A DNA stretch of 64,000 nt from Candidatus Latescibacterota bacterium (lineage in GTDB: Bacteria; Latescibacterota; UBA2968; UBA8231): the NCBI GenBank assembly GCA_965242865.1, contig CBDETK010000013.1:1696001-1760000 (forward strand), read 5' to 3'. How positions within the stretch are numbered: the stretch's first letter is position 1; every line of letters begins with the position of its first letter. Positions 27,857 to 36,712 of this stretch are shown here, piece by piece. The notes below the pieces were generated by a model. It worked only from the letters and a program-made list of their open reading frames with translations. It had not been told where the DNA came from and searched no databases. The position numbers and the translations under genes were made by a program.

Positions 27857-28991
27857 AGTCATTCGTTTTCGCACCAAGCATCGCGGCCGCAGTGCAGGAT
27901 CGCGCTGGGGCTACGGAGTGTGGATTGACGACGAAGAAGTAGAAAGCACCGGGGCGATCACCCGAATTTCCACCGACGAGGGCGTCGCCGGGCACAGCTT
28001 GGGCGGCAGCAAGGCGACCATGGAAGGCCCGGTCAAAGCCCTCCTCGTCGGCGAGGATCCCCTCAACCGCGAGAAGCTATGGCATTGGATGGACCAGATG
28101 TCCACGTTTGGCCACGGCCTCGCCGAACACGAGCTCGGGATTGTCGATTGCGCCCTGTGGGACTTGGCCGGGCAAAAAGCCGGCATGCCCGTGTACCAAC
28201 TCTTGGGCGGCGTCCGCGACACAGTCGAAGCATACGCCAGCACCTACCCGAACTTGGGCGACCCCGAGGTGTACGCCGCGCTGGCGCGAGAATGCGTCCA
28301 GCGCGGGTACAAAGCCTTCAAGGTCCACGCCAACATCTGCTGGAATCCGCACACCCGACAACCCGCGCCGCAACTGCCGGGATTTCCCAAGGAAGACATG
28401 GCGATCTGTCGCGCGGTGCGCGAGGCCGTGGGCGACGACATCGTGCTGATGCTCGATCCGTTTGGCGTCTATACCCTCGAAGAGTCGCTGGGGGTCGCGC
28501 GGGAATTGGAAGCACTCAATTACTACTGGTTGGAACACCCGATGGTCGAGACGCGGGTGGAGTCCTATCGCCGCTTGACCCAGCAAACCGCCATTGCGAT
28601 ATGCTCGCCCGAACACGTCAAGGGCGGTCCCTTTGCGCGGGCCGAGTGGCTGTTGCAAGGGGCCTGCGACATGCTGCGGATCGACGTGAATTACGGCGGC
28701 ATCACCGGCTGCTGGAAGCTGGTCAATTTGTGCCAGCTCTACGGCGTGCAATGCGAGTTGCACGGGGTGGGTGCTCCGCATCTGCACTTGGCCGCGGCCG
28801 CCCCGGAGGCCACCTGTCGCTATTACGAGCGCGGGCTGTTGCGCCCCGGGCGCGACTACGATGCCAGCCCGCCGCACCTCGATCAGATCGCCGATCCCAT
28901 GGATGGCGAAGGGCGCGTCCACGTATCGCCGGAGCCGGGGCTGGGCATGGCTTACAACTGGGACTATATCCATGCCAACCGCCTCGATTGA
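27837..28991 (+). CDS. Mandelate racemase/muconate lactonizing enzyme family protein
   Basis: VDCALWDL, FKVH, MLDP, WLEHP, PEH, CELH, PGLG; GAGGAGG RBS. Confidence 0.92.
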   Translation: MKITNVEVIRFRTKHRGRSAGSRWGYGVWIDDEEVESTGAITRISTDEGVAGHSLGGSKATMEGPVKALLVGEDPLNREKLWHWMDQMSTFGHGLAEHELGIVDCALWDLAGQKAGMPVYQLLGGVRDTVEAYASTYPNLGDPEVYAALARECVQRGYKAFKVHANICWNPHTRQPAPQLPGFPKEDMAICRAVREAVGDDIVLMLDPFGVYTLEESLGVARELEALNYYWLEHPMVETRVESYRRLTQQTAIAICSPEHVKGGPFARAEWLLQGACDMLRIDVNYGGITGCWKLVNLCQLYGVQCELHGVGAPHLHLAAAAPEATCRYYERGLLRPGRDYDASPPHLDQIADPMDGEGRVHVSPEPGLGMAYNWDYIHANRLD

Positions 28992-29023
28992 GCGGGAGGG
29001 ACTAGGGGCCGCGAGGTGAGCGG

Positions 29024-30697
29024 ATGCTGCGGTGGGCCCCGGGGATCGTCTTTGCTCTGGCGTTGAGCCTGCGGCTGGCGCATGCGTTGCAGATGTCGGC
29101 CAGCCCCCTTTTTGCCATGCCGGTGGTCGATGCGGCCACCTACGCCGAACAGGCCGCCGGCATAGCCGCGGGCAACTGGTTGGGGCGCGACCAAGGCCCG
29201 TTTTGGCAACCCCCGCTCTATCCTTACTTCCTCGGCCTAATCAAGCTCGCATTTCCCGAATCCTTTTACCACGCATCCCGCTGGGCGCAGGCACTCATCG
29301 GCAGCCTTACCTGTGTGTTGCTGTACTGGGTTGGGCAGCGGCTTTTTGGCCACGGCGTCGCCTTCTGCGGCGGCCTCGTGGCCGCGGCGTACGGGCCGCT
29401 GATTTACTTTGACGCCCGGCTCTTGCCGACGGGGCTGGCCACGGTTCTCACCTTGGTCAGTCTGTTGCTGTTAATGCGCGCGGTCGAGCGGCCGACGCGC
29501 TGTGGTTTTATGGTCGCGGGGTTTGCGCTGGGCCTGGCCGCGCTGAGCGCGGCGATCCTCGCGGCCTTGATTCCGGGCGTGGCCCTCTGGCTGTTCTATT
29601 GGCAACGGAAAAGGGCCGCGCCTTTTGTGCTGGGTGCTCTGCTGGCGATTGCGCCCGTGACCCTGAGAAATTACACCATCGGCGGCGACCTCGTGCCGAT
29701 CTCCTACAACGGCGGCGTGAACTTCTACGTGGGGAACAACGCAAACTCCGAGCGGACGCTCGCCCTGCGCCCGGGGTGGGAATGGGAGGAATTGGTGGCT
29801 TGGCCGCTGCGAGAAGGAATCACCCGCCCTTCGGCCAAGTCTTGGTTCTTTTATCAGCAGGCCCTTGAGTACATCCTGAACGCGCCCCTCGATTACCTGG
29901 GGTTGCTGGCGGCAAAAACAGCCCAGTTCTGGCGCGGCCACGAAATAGAGCGCAACCAAGAGCTGTACTACTGGCGCAAGTACTCCAGCGTGCTCGCTGC
30001 TACCTTGTGGCAATGGGGCGTGGCCTTTCCCTTTGGCGTGGTAAGCCCGCTCGCGCTGCTGGGCCTGCTGGTGTACACCCGGCGGCAAGGCTTGGCCCTG
30101 CCGGTGCTTTTCGTCCTCGGCTACAGCTTGGCGGTGATCTCCTTTTTTGTCGCGGCGCGCTACCGCCTGCCAATCGTGCCGCTGCTGATTTTGTTCGCCG
30201 CTTACGGGGGAAGTTGGCTGTATGCAAGGGGGCGACAAGCGCTTTGGCCGACGGCTTTGCTCGCCGTTTTGATCCTGTTGGTCAATTGGGACCTGCCGCC
30301 GATGGATGGGCGGGGCCGAGCCGCCACGCACAACGACTTGGGCAACGCGTACCTGCGACAGGGCCGCGGCGAGCTGGCCCTGCTCAAATACGAACAAGCC
30401 ACCCGGCTCGACTCAACGTATTGGCAGGCTTGGTTCAACCTCGGCTCGTTGCGCGCACTGCGCGGCGATTTGCACGGTGCCTTGCCCATCCTCTTAAACG
30501 TGTTGGAGCGCGAGCGGGAACGCGCGGACGTGTGGAGCAATGTGGCCGGCGTCTATGTGGGGTTGGGGCAATATCAGCAGGCGGCCGAGGTGCTCGAACA
30601 GGCTGCGGTTGTCGCGCCGCGGGCGGATATAGACACGGCGTTGGCGCGGGTGCAGGCCATGCTGGGGAAGCCGAGGCGCGGTGGCCGCGACGACTAG
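29024..30697 (+). CDS. ArnT-like membrane glycosyltransferase with C-terminal TPR
   Basis: DAATY, FWQPPLYPYFL, NGGVNFYVGNN, RYRLP; TPR helices (HNDLGNAY, WFNLG). Confidence 0.85.
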   Translation: MLRWAPGIVFALALSLRLAHALQMSASPLFAMPVVDAATYAEQAAGIAAGNWLGRDQGPFWQPPLYPYFLGLIKLAFPESFYHASRWAQALIGSLTCVLLYWVGQRLFGHGVAFCGGLVAAAYGPLIYFDARLLPTGLATVLTLVSLLLLMRAVERPTRCGFMVAGFALGLAALSAAILAALIPGVALWLFYWQRKRAAPFVLGALLAIAPVTLRNYTIGGDLVPISYNGGVNFYVGNNANSERTLALRPGWEWEELVAWPLREGITRPSAKSWFFYQQALEYILNAPLDYLGLLAAKTAQFWRGHEIERNQELYYWRKYSSVLAATLWQWGVAFPFGVVSPLALLGLLVYTRRQGLALPVLFVLGYSLAVISFFVAARYRLPIVPLLILFAAYGGSWLYARGRQALWPTALLAVLILLVNWDLPPMDGRGRAATHNDLGNAYLRQGRGELALLKYEQATRLDSTYWQAWFNLGSLRALRGDLHGALPILLNVLERERERADVWSNVAGVYVGLGQYQQAAEVLEQAAVVAPRADIDTALARVQAMLGKPRRGGRDD

Positions 30698-32663
30698 AAT
30701 CTGGTTTTTTCGCTTGGCGACCGTGGGAGTCGGCGCGGCCTTGGTGATCGGGGCCGAGGGCCTGCTGCGGCTCGTGCCGGGCTGGGGGCCAGTGCCGTTG
30801 GTCGCCACCTTAGTTGAGGACGAGGCGACCGGCCAATCGCTGCACGCCACGAGTCGGTTTTACGCCCAGCGATTTTTTACCCAGTACCAGGGTCGGCTGA
30901 CGGCGGCCGGTCAGATGGGAGAGCACTTTTTTGTCGAACCCGCGCCGGCCAACCGCTATCGCGTCGTTTTTGTCGGTGCTTCGACCGTGCAGGGGTTCCC
31001 CTATCCGCGCCGGTTGGCCGCGGCGTCCTTTTTGCAGGCGATGCTGGCGGATGCGTGGCCGGAGCGCACGGTGGAGGTCGTCAACTTGGGCATTACGTCC
31101 ATTGCCAGCTTTGCGGTGGCGCAAGTGGTGGAAGATGCGCTGGCGCTGACGCCGGATCTGGTCGTCGTCTATACCGGGCACAACGAGTTCTACGGGTTGT
31201 ACGGCGCAGGGCGGCACCATCGGCTGCAGTACTTTTGGCGGCAACTGCATTTGACGCATTTAGTGGGGGGCCTGATAGGGGGCTATGGGGCCAAGACGGA
31301 TTTGCTAAAAATGGCGGCCGAGCGCGGCGCAGTGCCGTGGGGCAGCCCCGGTCGAGCACGGGCCGAGCAGAATTTGCGCGCCAACTTGCAGCGCGTGGGG
31401 CGGCTCTGCGAGCGAGCGCAGGTGCCCTTAGTGTTGTGTACGGTCGTGGCGAATGACGCGGGCTTTGCGCCGGTGGGCTCGACCGAGGGGGGCGCGGCGT
31501 GGAAGGCGCGGGTGGAGCAAGCGGCGCAGCGGTTGACGCGAGGGTACGTCGCGCCGGAGGAGGCCGAAGCCGCGCTGCAGCAATTGGAGCAAGCCGCCGC
31601 CCTGTCGAGCGAACACGCTTGGCTGTGCTATTTGCAAGGCCGGGCGCTGGAACGCTTGGGGCGGAACGCTCAAGCGCGGCGGGCCTTTCGCCGGGCGCGG
31701 GATTTGGACACCAAGCCGTGGCGCGCTCCCACGGCCCACAATGCGGTGATTCGCGCGGTTGCCGCCGAGCACGAGGCCGGGTTGGCGGATGTGGAAGCGG
31801 CGTTTGCGGCCGTTGCGCCAGCGCAGGGCGTGGGGTGGGAGTGGATGGTGGATCACGTTCACTTCTCGGTGGCCGGGCAGGTGCTGTTGGCGCGAACCGT
31901 TCTCCATAGCATCGCCCAACGGCAGCCCATAGACTTGGGCTTGCTGCAAAGCGAGGAGGCGTATCGGCGCGCCTTGGGCGACCTGCCGGTGGAGCGCGCG
32001 GTCGCGTATCGCAAGATGGGGGCGATGCTCGCGCAAGCCCCCTTGCATCAGTACAATGGGCACAACGCGCGCTATCTAGCGCAACTGGCGGCCATGGAGG
32101 GCCAGCGGCTGTCGCCCGGGGAACGGCGCGGCATTGAACAGTGGAGGCAGCAGGGGCAGCAGGGGCCGTTGGTGTTGGCAGTGGCGGATCGGCTGTTCAC
32201 CGAGCGAGATTTTGCGCAGGCGCAGCGTTACTATGCGGCGGCGCGGCGCGAGGTGCCGTTTACGCGGCGCGGGTTGTGGGCGGCAGTGCAGTGGGCGTGG
32301 TGCATCGAGATGCAGGGACGGGCACTGACCGACGAGCAGCGGGCCGAGGTGCGGACCGCGCTCGAACAGGCGGAGTTTCTCGCGCACGATCCGGCCGTGG
32401 GCGTGCCTTTCGTCGATTTTGTCAAGGGCCAGCTCTACCACCTGCTCGCCGAGCGCGGCCCGGCCTTGAAGCATCTGGAGTGCGCCTTTTTGGCCGAGGA
32501 TTTTCGCCGCGGCTATGCCTTGAGTTTGTTTCAGGCGTTGGCGGTCGAATTGGTTTGGGCCGGGCGGGTGGAGGAGGCGCGGGAATACGCTCGCTTATTG
32601 GGGGATGAGGTTGGAGAGGAAGCGCGTTTTTTGCGGATGGTCGAAGCACAACGAGTGCCGTAG
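30681..32663 (+). CDS. SGNH/GDSL-like hydrolase with TPR segments
   Basis: VFVGASTVQG, YTGHNEFYG, DHVH catalytic motifs; N-terminal TM. Confidence 0.82.
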   Translation: MAATTRIWFFRLATVGVGAALVIGAEGLLRLVPGWGPVPLVATLVEDEATGQSLHATSRFYAQRFFTQYQGRLTAAGQMGEHFFVEPAPANRYRVVFVGASTVQGFPYPRRLAAASFLQAMLADAWPERTVEVVNLGITSIASFAVAQVVEDALALTPDLVVVYTGHNEFYGLYGAGRHHRLQYFWRQLHLTHLVGGLIGGYGAKTDLLKMAAERGAVPWGSPGRARAEQNLRANLQRVGRLCERAQVPLVLCTVVANDAGFAPVGSTEGGAAWKARVEQAAQRLTRGYVAPEEAEAALQQLEQAAALSSEHAWLCYLQGRALERLGRNAQARRAFRRARDLDTKPWRAPTAHNAVIRAVAAEHEAGLADVEAAFAAVAPAQGVGWEWMVDHVHFSVAGQVLLARTVLHSIAQRQPIDLGLLQSEEAYRRALGDLPVERAVAYRKMGAMLAQAPLHQYNGHNARYLAQLAAMEGQRLSPGERRGIEQWRQQGQQGPLVLAVADRLFTERDFAQAQRYYAAARREVPFTRRGLWAAVQWAWCIEMQGRALTDEQRAEVRTALEQAEFLAHDPAVGVPFVDFVKGQLYHLLAERGPALKHLECAFLAEDFRRGYALSLFQALAVELVWAGRVEEAREYARLLGDEVGEEARFLRMVEAQRVP

Positions 32664-32840
32664 AGGGCCAAGCGTGGACAGCCGCGTAGAGCGTCCATTT
32701 CGGAATCGCAAATCAACCCGCTAGAAATGGCCCTTGGCCGCATCGTTGGTCGGCAGATTAGGGGCCGCGTGAATACATTGACCCCTTAGTACGCGCCCCT
32801 TCCGTTGAGTCCGCCTTTTCTGGTGTTGCCGCTGCGTCCG

Positions 32841-32865
32841 GGATCGAGGGCAGGACGCCCTCGAC
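32841..32865. repeat. REP-like hairpin family 2 (TCGAGGGC-N5-GCCCTCGA)
   Basis: GGATCGAGGGCAGGACGCCCTCGAC; homologous copies at 42296 and 48546. Confidence 0.75.
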
Positions 32866-33183
32866 AGCGGAACGTGGTAGTGGATGGCCGGCTTAATCGG
32901 GCCGGCCGTATTGAAGAAACGCCTGGTTATGGGGTCGTGCCCCTTGCGTGAGGGCTTTCTTTAGAAGTTATTTAGATAGATGCTTACAATGAACCTAAAT
33001 CAGGGCCGTACCATAACGCAGCGTCCGGTTATTTCGTGGTGGCCTTGTAAACCGCATTTTGGCGGCCAATTTGGCGTCGCCGGTTGGCGAATGAACGAGA
33101 CCATGGTTAAGCATTTCGCATCAGACCGGGGCTTTGCTGTGGGGGCTGGGCCTCGTTGGGTGCTTAGATTCACTGCCAATTTA

Positions 33184-33246
33184 ATGTGTCGTAAGTCCTT
33201 GAAAAACAACAACTTACCCCCCCCCCCCCCGAAAATTCTCCGCTAG
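33184..33246 (+). other. Candidate leader peptide MCRKSLKNNNLPPPPPKILR containing a C14 tract (33217-33230)
   Basis: Homopolymer C14, preceded by the palindrome GTAAGT-N15-ACTTAC. Confidence 0.5.
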
Positions 33247-33570
33247 CACCAAGCCTAAACTCTCTACTTCTCAGCATCGGCCGACGGATTGTGCGCGGCT
33301 GTTGGGCGTCGCGTCGGTCTGGTCGCACGGCCCCAAGCGCACACTTCCGTGCGGCCTTTATGCTGATCCACGTTTACTGCACCACCCCCGCAACCTGTCT
33401 GCCAAGGACCGAGGGCGGAATCCCCTCGACTCAGACGCCGCACACCAGCAAAGGCGCACCCACAGCAAGGGGCGCGTCCTGAGCGTTCCAAGTATAGCCC
33501 TAGGGCTAGCCTCGCCTCTTTCGGTGCGTCATTCCCTTTCTTCTAAATCTCACATACAAAGGAGCAAAAA

Positions 33571-34257
33571 ATGTCCTTGTTGAAATCTCTCAAAACCCTG
33601 TTTGGGTTCGTCCTTTTGGGCTTGGTCGGTACTTGGTGGATTGGCTGCTCAGACTCCGCGCCGGTCGCTTCTCGGCCGGCGGGCAAAGCCACCTGTTCCT
33701 TGTGCGAATTCTTGGGCGACGACACCTACACCGCGGCCGACGGACAGGCCGCTCCCGAAAGCCCCGACACGACCCAGACCGACGCCGAGACTGACGCCGA
33801 TAGCACCCAGACCGCTGCCGAGACCGACGCCGATGGCACCCAGACCGACGCCAACGCCCACGCCTACCGCGCCCACGCCCTAAGACGGGCCGGCCTATCC
33901 ACCAAGCAGATAGCCGCCGCGCTTGGGCGTTCCGAACGGTCCATACGCGCCTACCTCGCTACCCCGTTCAGCACCGTACAAGCCACGCGCCAACGCATCG
34001 TCCGCCCACGCCCACGCCCCACGCTATACCCGCCAGCCGCCGCGGCAATTTGCTATCTGTTAATACCGCCCACCAAAGAACGTTCTGAGAAGAAAACAGA
34101 ACCAACAGATAGCAAATTGCCGCCCCCCGAAGAAATTGACGTGCTGGCCGAACTCAAAACGCATTGGGCCGCCCAAGACCGCCAAAAAAGCCACCATGCG
34201 CCGAGTCGAGCACCCGATAAAGCCACGCCAGAGACCAAAATCGTTTATGCGCCTTGA
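33571..34257 (+). CDS. Chimeric ORF: lipoprotein leader plus Thr/Asp linker fused to an HTH fragment
   Basis: AAGGAG RBS, lipobox-like WWIGC, CSLC, 33-bp repeats (TQTDAETDADS), then RRAGLSTKQIAAALGRSERSIRAYL. Confidence 0.65.
   Translation: MSLLKSLKTLFGFVLLGLVGTWWIGCSDSAPVASRPAGKATCSLCEFLGDDTYTAADGQAAPESPDTTQTDAETDADSTQTAAETDADGTQTDANAHAYRAHALRRAGLSTKQIAAALGRSERSIRAYLATPFSTVQATRQRIVRPRPRPTLYPPAAAAICYLLIPPTKERSEKKTEPTDSKLPPPEEIDVLAELKTHWAAQDRQKSHHAPSRAPDKATPETKIVYAP
34042..34123. repeat. Perfect 20-bp inverted repeat GCGGCAATTTGCTATCTGTT with 42-bp spacer
   Basis: 34042-34061 and 34104-34123 are exact reverse complements; the core recurs at 36951 and 36985. Confidence 0.9.
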
Positions 34258-34288
34258 CCCGTAAGCGATTTTAACGCCCCCAGCACCC

Positions 34289-34328
34289 AAAAAAAAGGGC
34301 GACACCCGAACCGAATCGAGTGCCGCCC
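34289..34328 (-). terminator. Probable intrinsic terminator of the ankyrin gene
   Basis: GGGCGACAC...GTGCCGCCC stem followed on the minus strand by a T8 run, just past the stop at 34356. Confidence 0.6.
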
Positions 34329-34355
34329 AACCTGATGTAAGACGAAAGGGACGCG

Positions 34356-36599
34356 CTAGCCACCCACCGAATTGAGATACGTCACTACGGCGGTATGGCC
34401 GTTGCGGCTGGCTAAGCCTTTAGCGGTATAGCCGTAGTCGGTCCTCGCCGTTAGGCTAGCTCCTTGCCCTACCAGATACTTGACCACCTCCAAACGACCA
34501 TCCCCCGCCGCCCGGTGAAGGGCGGTCCAGCCGGTGTTGCTCGCCGCCGTAACGCTGGCCCCTTGCCCCACTAAATACTGGACCACCTCCAAACGACCAC
34601 CCCCCGCCGCCGGGTGAAGGGCGGTATTGCCGTCGTTGGCTGTCGCCGTAACGCTGGCCCCTTGCCCCACTAAATACTTGACCACCTCCAAAGACTCCAA
34701 AGAACCACCCCTCCCCGCCGCAAAGTAAAGGGCGGTATAGCCGCCGCTGTTCCTCGCCGTAACGCTGGCTCCTTGCCCCACTAAATACTTGACCACCTCC
34801 AAAGAACCAGTCCGCGCCGTCGCGTGGTGAAGGGCGGTCCAGCCGGTGTTGTTCGCCGCCGTAACGCTGGCCCCTTGCCCTACCAAATACTGGACCACCT
34901 CCAAAGAACCAGTCGCATAGTGAAGGGCGGTATCGCCGCCGCTGTCTGTCGCCGTTAGGCTGGCCCCTTGCCCTACCAAATACTGGACCACCTCCAAAGA
35001 ACCAGTCCGCGCCGTCGCGTGGTGAAGGGCGGTCCAGCCGTTGTTGGCTGTCGCCGTAACGCTGGCCCCTTGCCCCACTAAATACTTAACCACCTCCAAA
35101 GAACCACCCCCCGCCGCAAAGTGAAGGGCGGTATCGCCGCGGTTGTCTGTCGCCGTTAGGCTGGCCCCTTGCCCTACCAAATACTGGACCACCTCCAAAG
35201 AACCACCCCCCGCCGCACCGTGAAGGGCGGTCTCTTTTGAGCCGCCATCCGGTAGACCCGGTTGATGATACGTCGTGTCAATCGCCACGCCCGCCACGAC
35301 ATATAACTGGACGACCTCCAAATTGCCCGCCGCCGCCGAATCAACAAACGCCTCCGCCGTATAAGCGCTCCCGCGCCGTGTCAGTTCCGCCTGCGCCTGT
35401 CCTTCAATGTAGGTCACTACGCTAGTGTGCCCTTCATCTTGGGCTAACGTTCTAACCGTCCCTACGGGCGTATAAGCGAGGATGTTCGCCCCTTGCCCTA
35501 CCAGATACTTAACGACCGCCAAATGACCACCCGCCGACGCGTCGTGAAGGGCGGTACGGCTTTGGCTGTCTGTCGCTGTTAGGCTGGCCCCTTGCTCCAC
35601 TAAATACTGGACCACCGCCAAATGACCACCCGCCGACGCGTCGTGAAGGACGGTCTCGCTTTGGCTGTCTGTCGCTGTTAGGCTGGCCCCTTGCCCTACC
35701 AGATACTGGACCACCTCCAAATGACCACCCGTCGCCGCGTCGTGAAGGGCGGTATCGCCGCCGTCGCTGTCTGTCGCCGTTAGGCTGGCCCCCCCTTGCT
35801 CCACTAAATACTGGACCACCTCCAAGTGACCACCCGCCGACGCGTCGTGAAGGGCGGTATTGCCGTCACTCAGTTGATAATCCGTCGTGTCAATCGCCAC
35901 GCCCGCCACGACATATAACTGGACGACCTCCAAATTGCCCGCCGCCGCCGAATCAACAAACGCCTCCTCCGTATAAGCGATCCCGCGCCGTGTCAGTTCC
36001 GCCTGCCCCGTTCCTTCAATGTAGGTCACTACGCTGGTGTGCCCTTCATCTTGGGCTAACGATCGAACCGTCCCTGTGGACGTATAAGCGAGGATGTTCG
36101 CCTCTTGCCCTACCAAATACTGGACCACCTCCAAATGACCGTTCCACGACGCCCAGAGTAAGGGCGTTTCGCCGCTCCGGCCCGTCGCGTCCACCGTGGC
36201 CCCTTGCCCTACCAGATACTGGACCACCTCCAAACGCCCATAGGTCGCCGCATAGTGCAACGCCGTGAAATCATCCTCCGGGTTTTTCGTTTCAAGGTCC
36301 ATCCCCGCAGCAACGAATAGCCTGACGGCCTCCAGATTGCCCGTTTGCGCGTACAACAGAAACGCCCACTCCGCATAAGGCATTTCGCGCCGGGCAATTT
36401 CTGCCCGCGCTTGGGCGGCCGTCATACTGCTGATGGTGTCCGGGGTGGCCGTGACCGTGGCTTCGGTCTGGGTGGTGTCGGGGCCGGTCGTGGCCGCGGC
36501 GTACTTGGCCGCGGGTTCGGCCGCCATGGGGTTGTCTCTCTTGCTGCAACCGACTACGACCGCCACCGCCAGACACGCGAATACTCCTAACCGCTTCAT
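34356..36599 (-). CDS. Ankyrin-repeat lipoprotein
   Basis: AAGGAG RBS, lipobox VVVGC, roughly 20 TALH.AA..G.LEVV.YLV.QGA repeats. Confidence 0.95.
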   Translation of the reverse strand: MKRLGVFACLAVAVVVGCSKRDNPMAAEPAAKYAAATTGPDTTQTEATVTATPDTISSMTAAQARAEIARREMPYAEWAFLLYAQTGNLEAVRLFVAAGMDLETKNPEDDFTALHYAATYGRLEVVQYLVGQGATVDATGRSGETPLLWASWNGHLEVVQYLVGQEANILAYTSTGTVRSLAQDEGHTSVVTYIEGTGQAELTRRGIAYTEEAFVDSAAAGNLEVVQLYVVAGVAIDTTDYQLSDGNTALHDASAGGHLEVVQYLVEQGGASLTATDSDGGDTALHDAATGGHLEVVQYLVGQGASLTATDSQSETVLHDASAGGHLAVVQYLVEQGASLTATDSQSRTALHDASAGGHLAVVKYLVGQGANILAYTPVGTVRTLAQDEGHTSVVTYIEGQAQAELTRRGSAYTAEAFVDSAAAGNLEVVQLYVVAGVAIDTTYHQPGLPDGGSKETALHGAAGGGSLEVVQYLVGQGASLTATDNRGDTALHFAAGGGSLEVVKYLVGQGASVTATANNGWTALHHATARTGSLEVVQYLVGQGASLTATDSGGDTALHYATGSLEVVQYLVGQGASVTAANNTGWTALHHATARTGSLEVVKYLVGQGASVTARNSGGYTALYFAAGRGGSLESLEVVKYLVGQGASVTATANDGNTALHPAAGGGRLEVVQYLVGQGASVTAASNTGWTALHRAAGDGRLEVVKYLVGQGASLTARTDYGYTAKGLASRNGHTAVVTYLNSVGG

Positions 36600-36712
36600 A
36601 AGAATCTCCTTGAGAGATAGATGGATGAGTTGAATGAGTATAAAAAAATGCCCAATCCGTGCAACGGCGGCCCAAGCGCCGCGCTTGACCGCTCGCGGCA
36701 TGTAGCCGCCCC

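Noticed and set aside
33250-33560. Riboswitch or ncRNA in the long leader
   Set aside because: No consensus I could match by eye; an Rfam/Infernal scan would be needed.
34356-36300. Diversity-generating retroelement TR/VR pair in the ankyrin or LRR repeats
   Set aside because: No reverse transcriptase seen, and differences are not evidently adenine-restricted.
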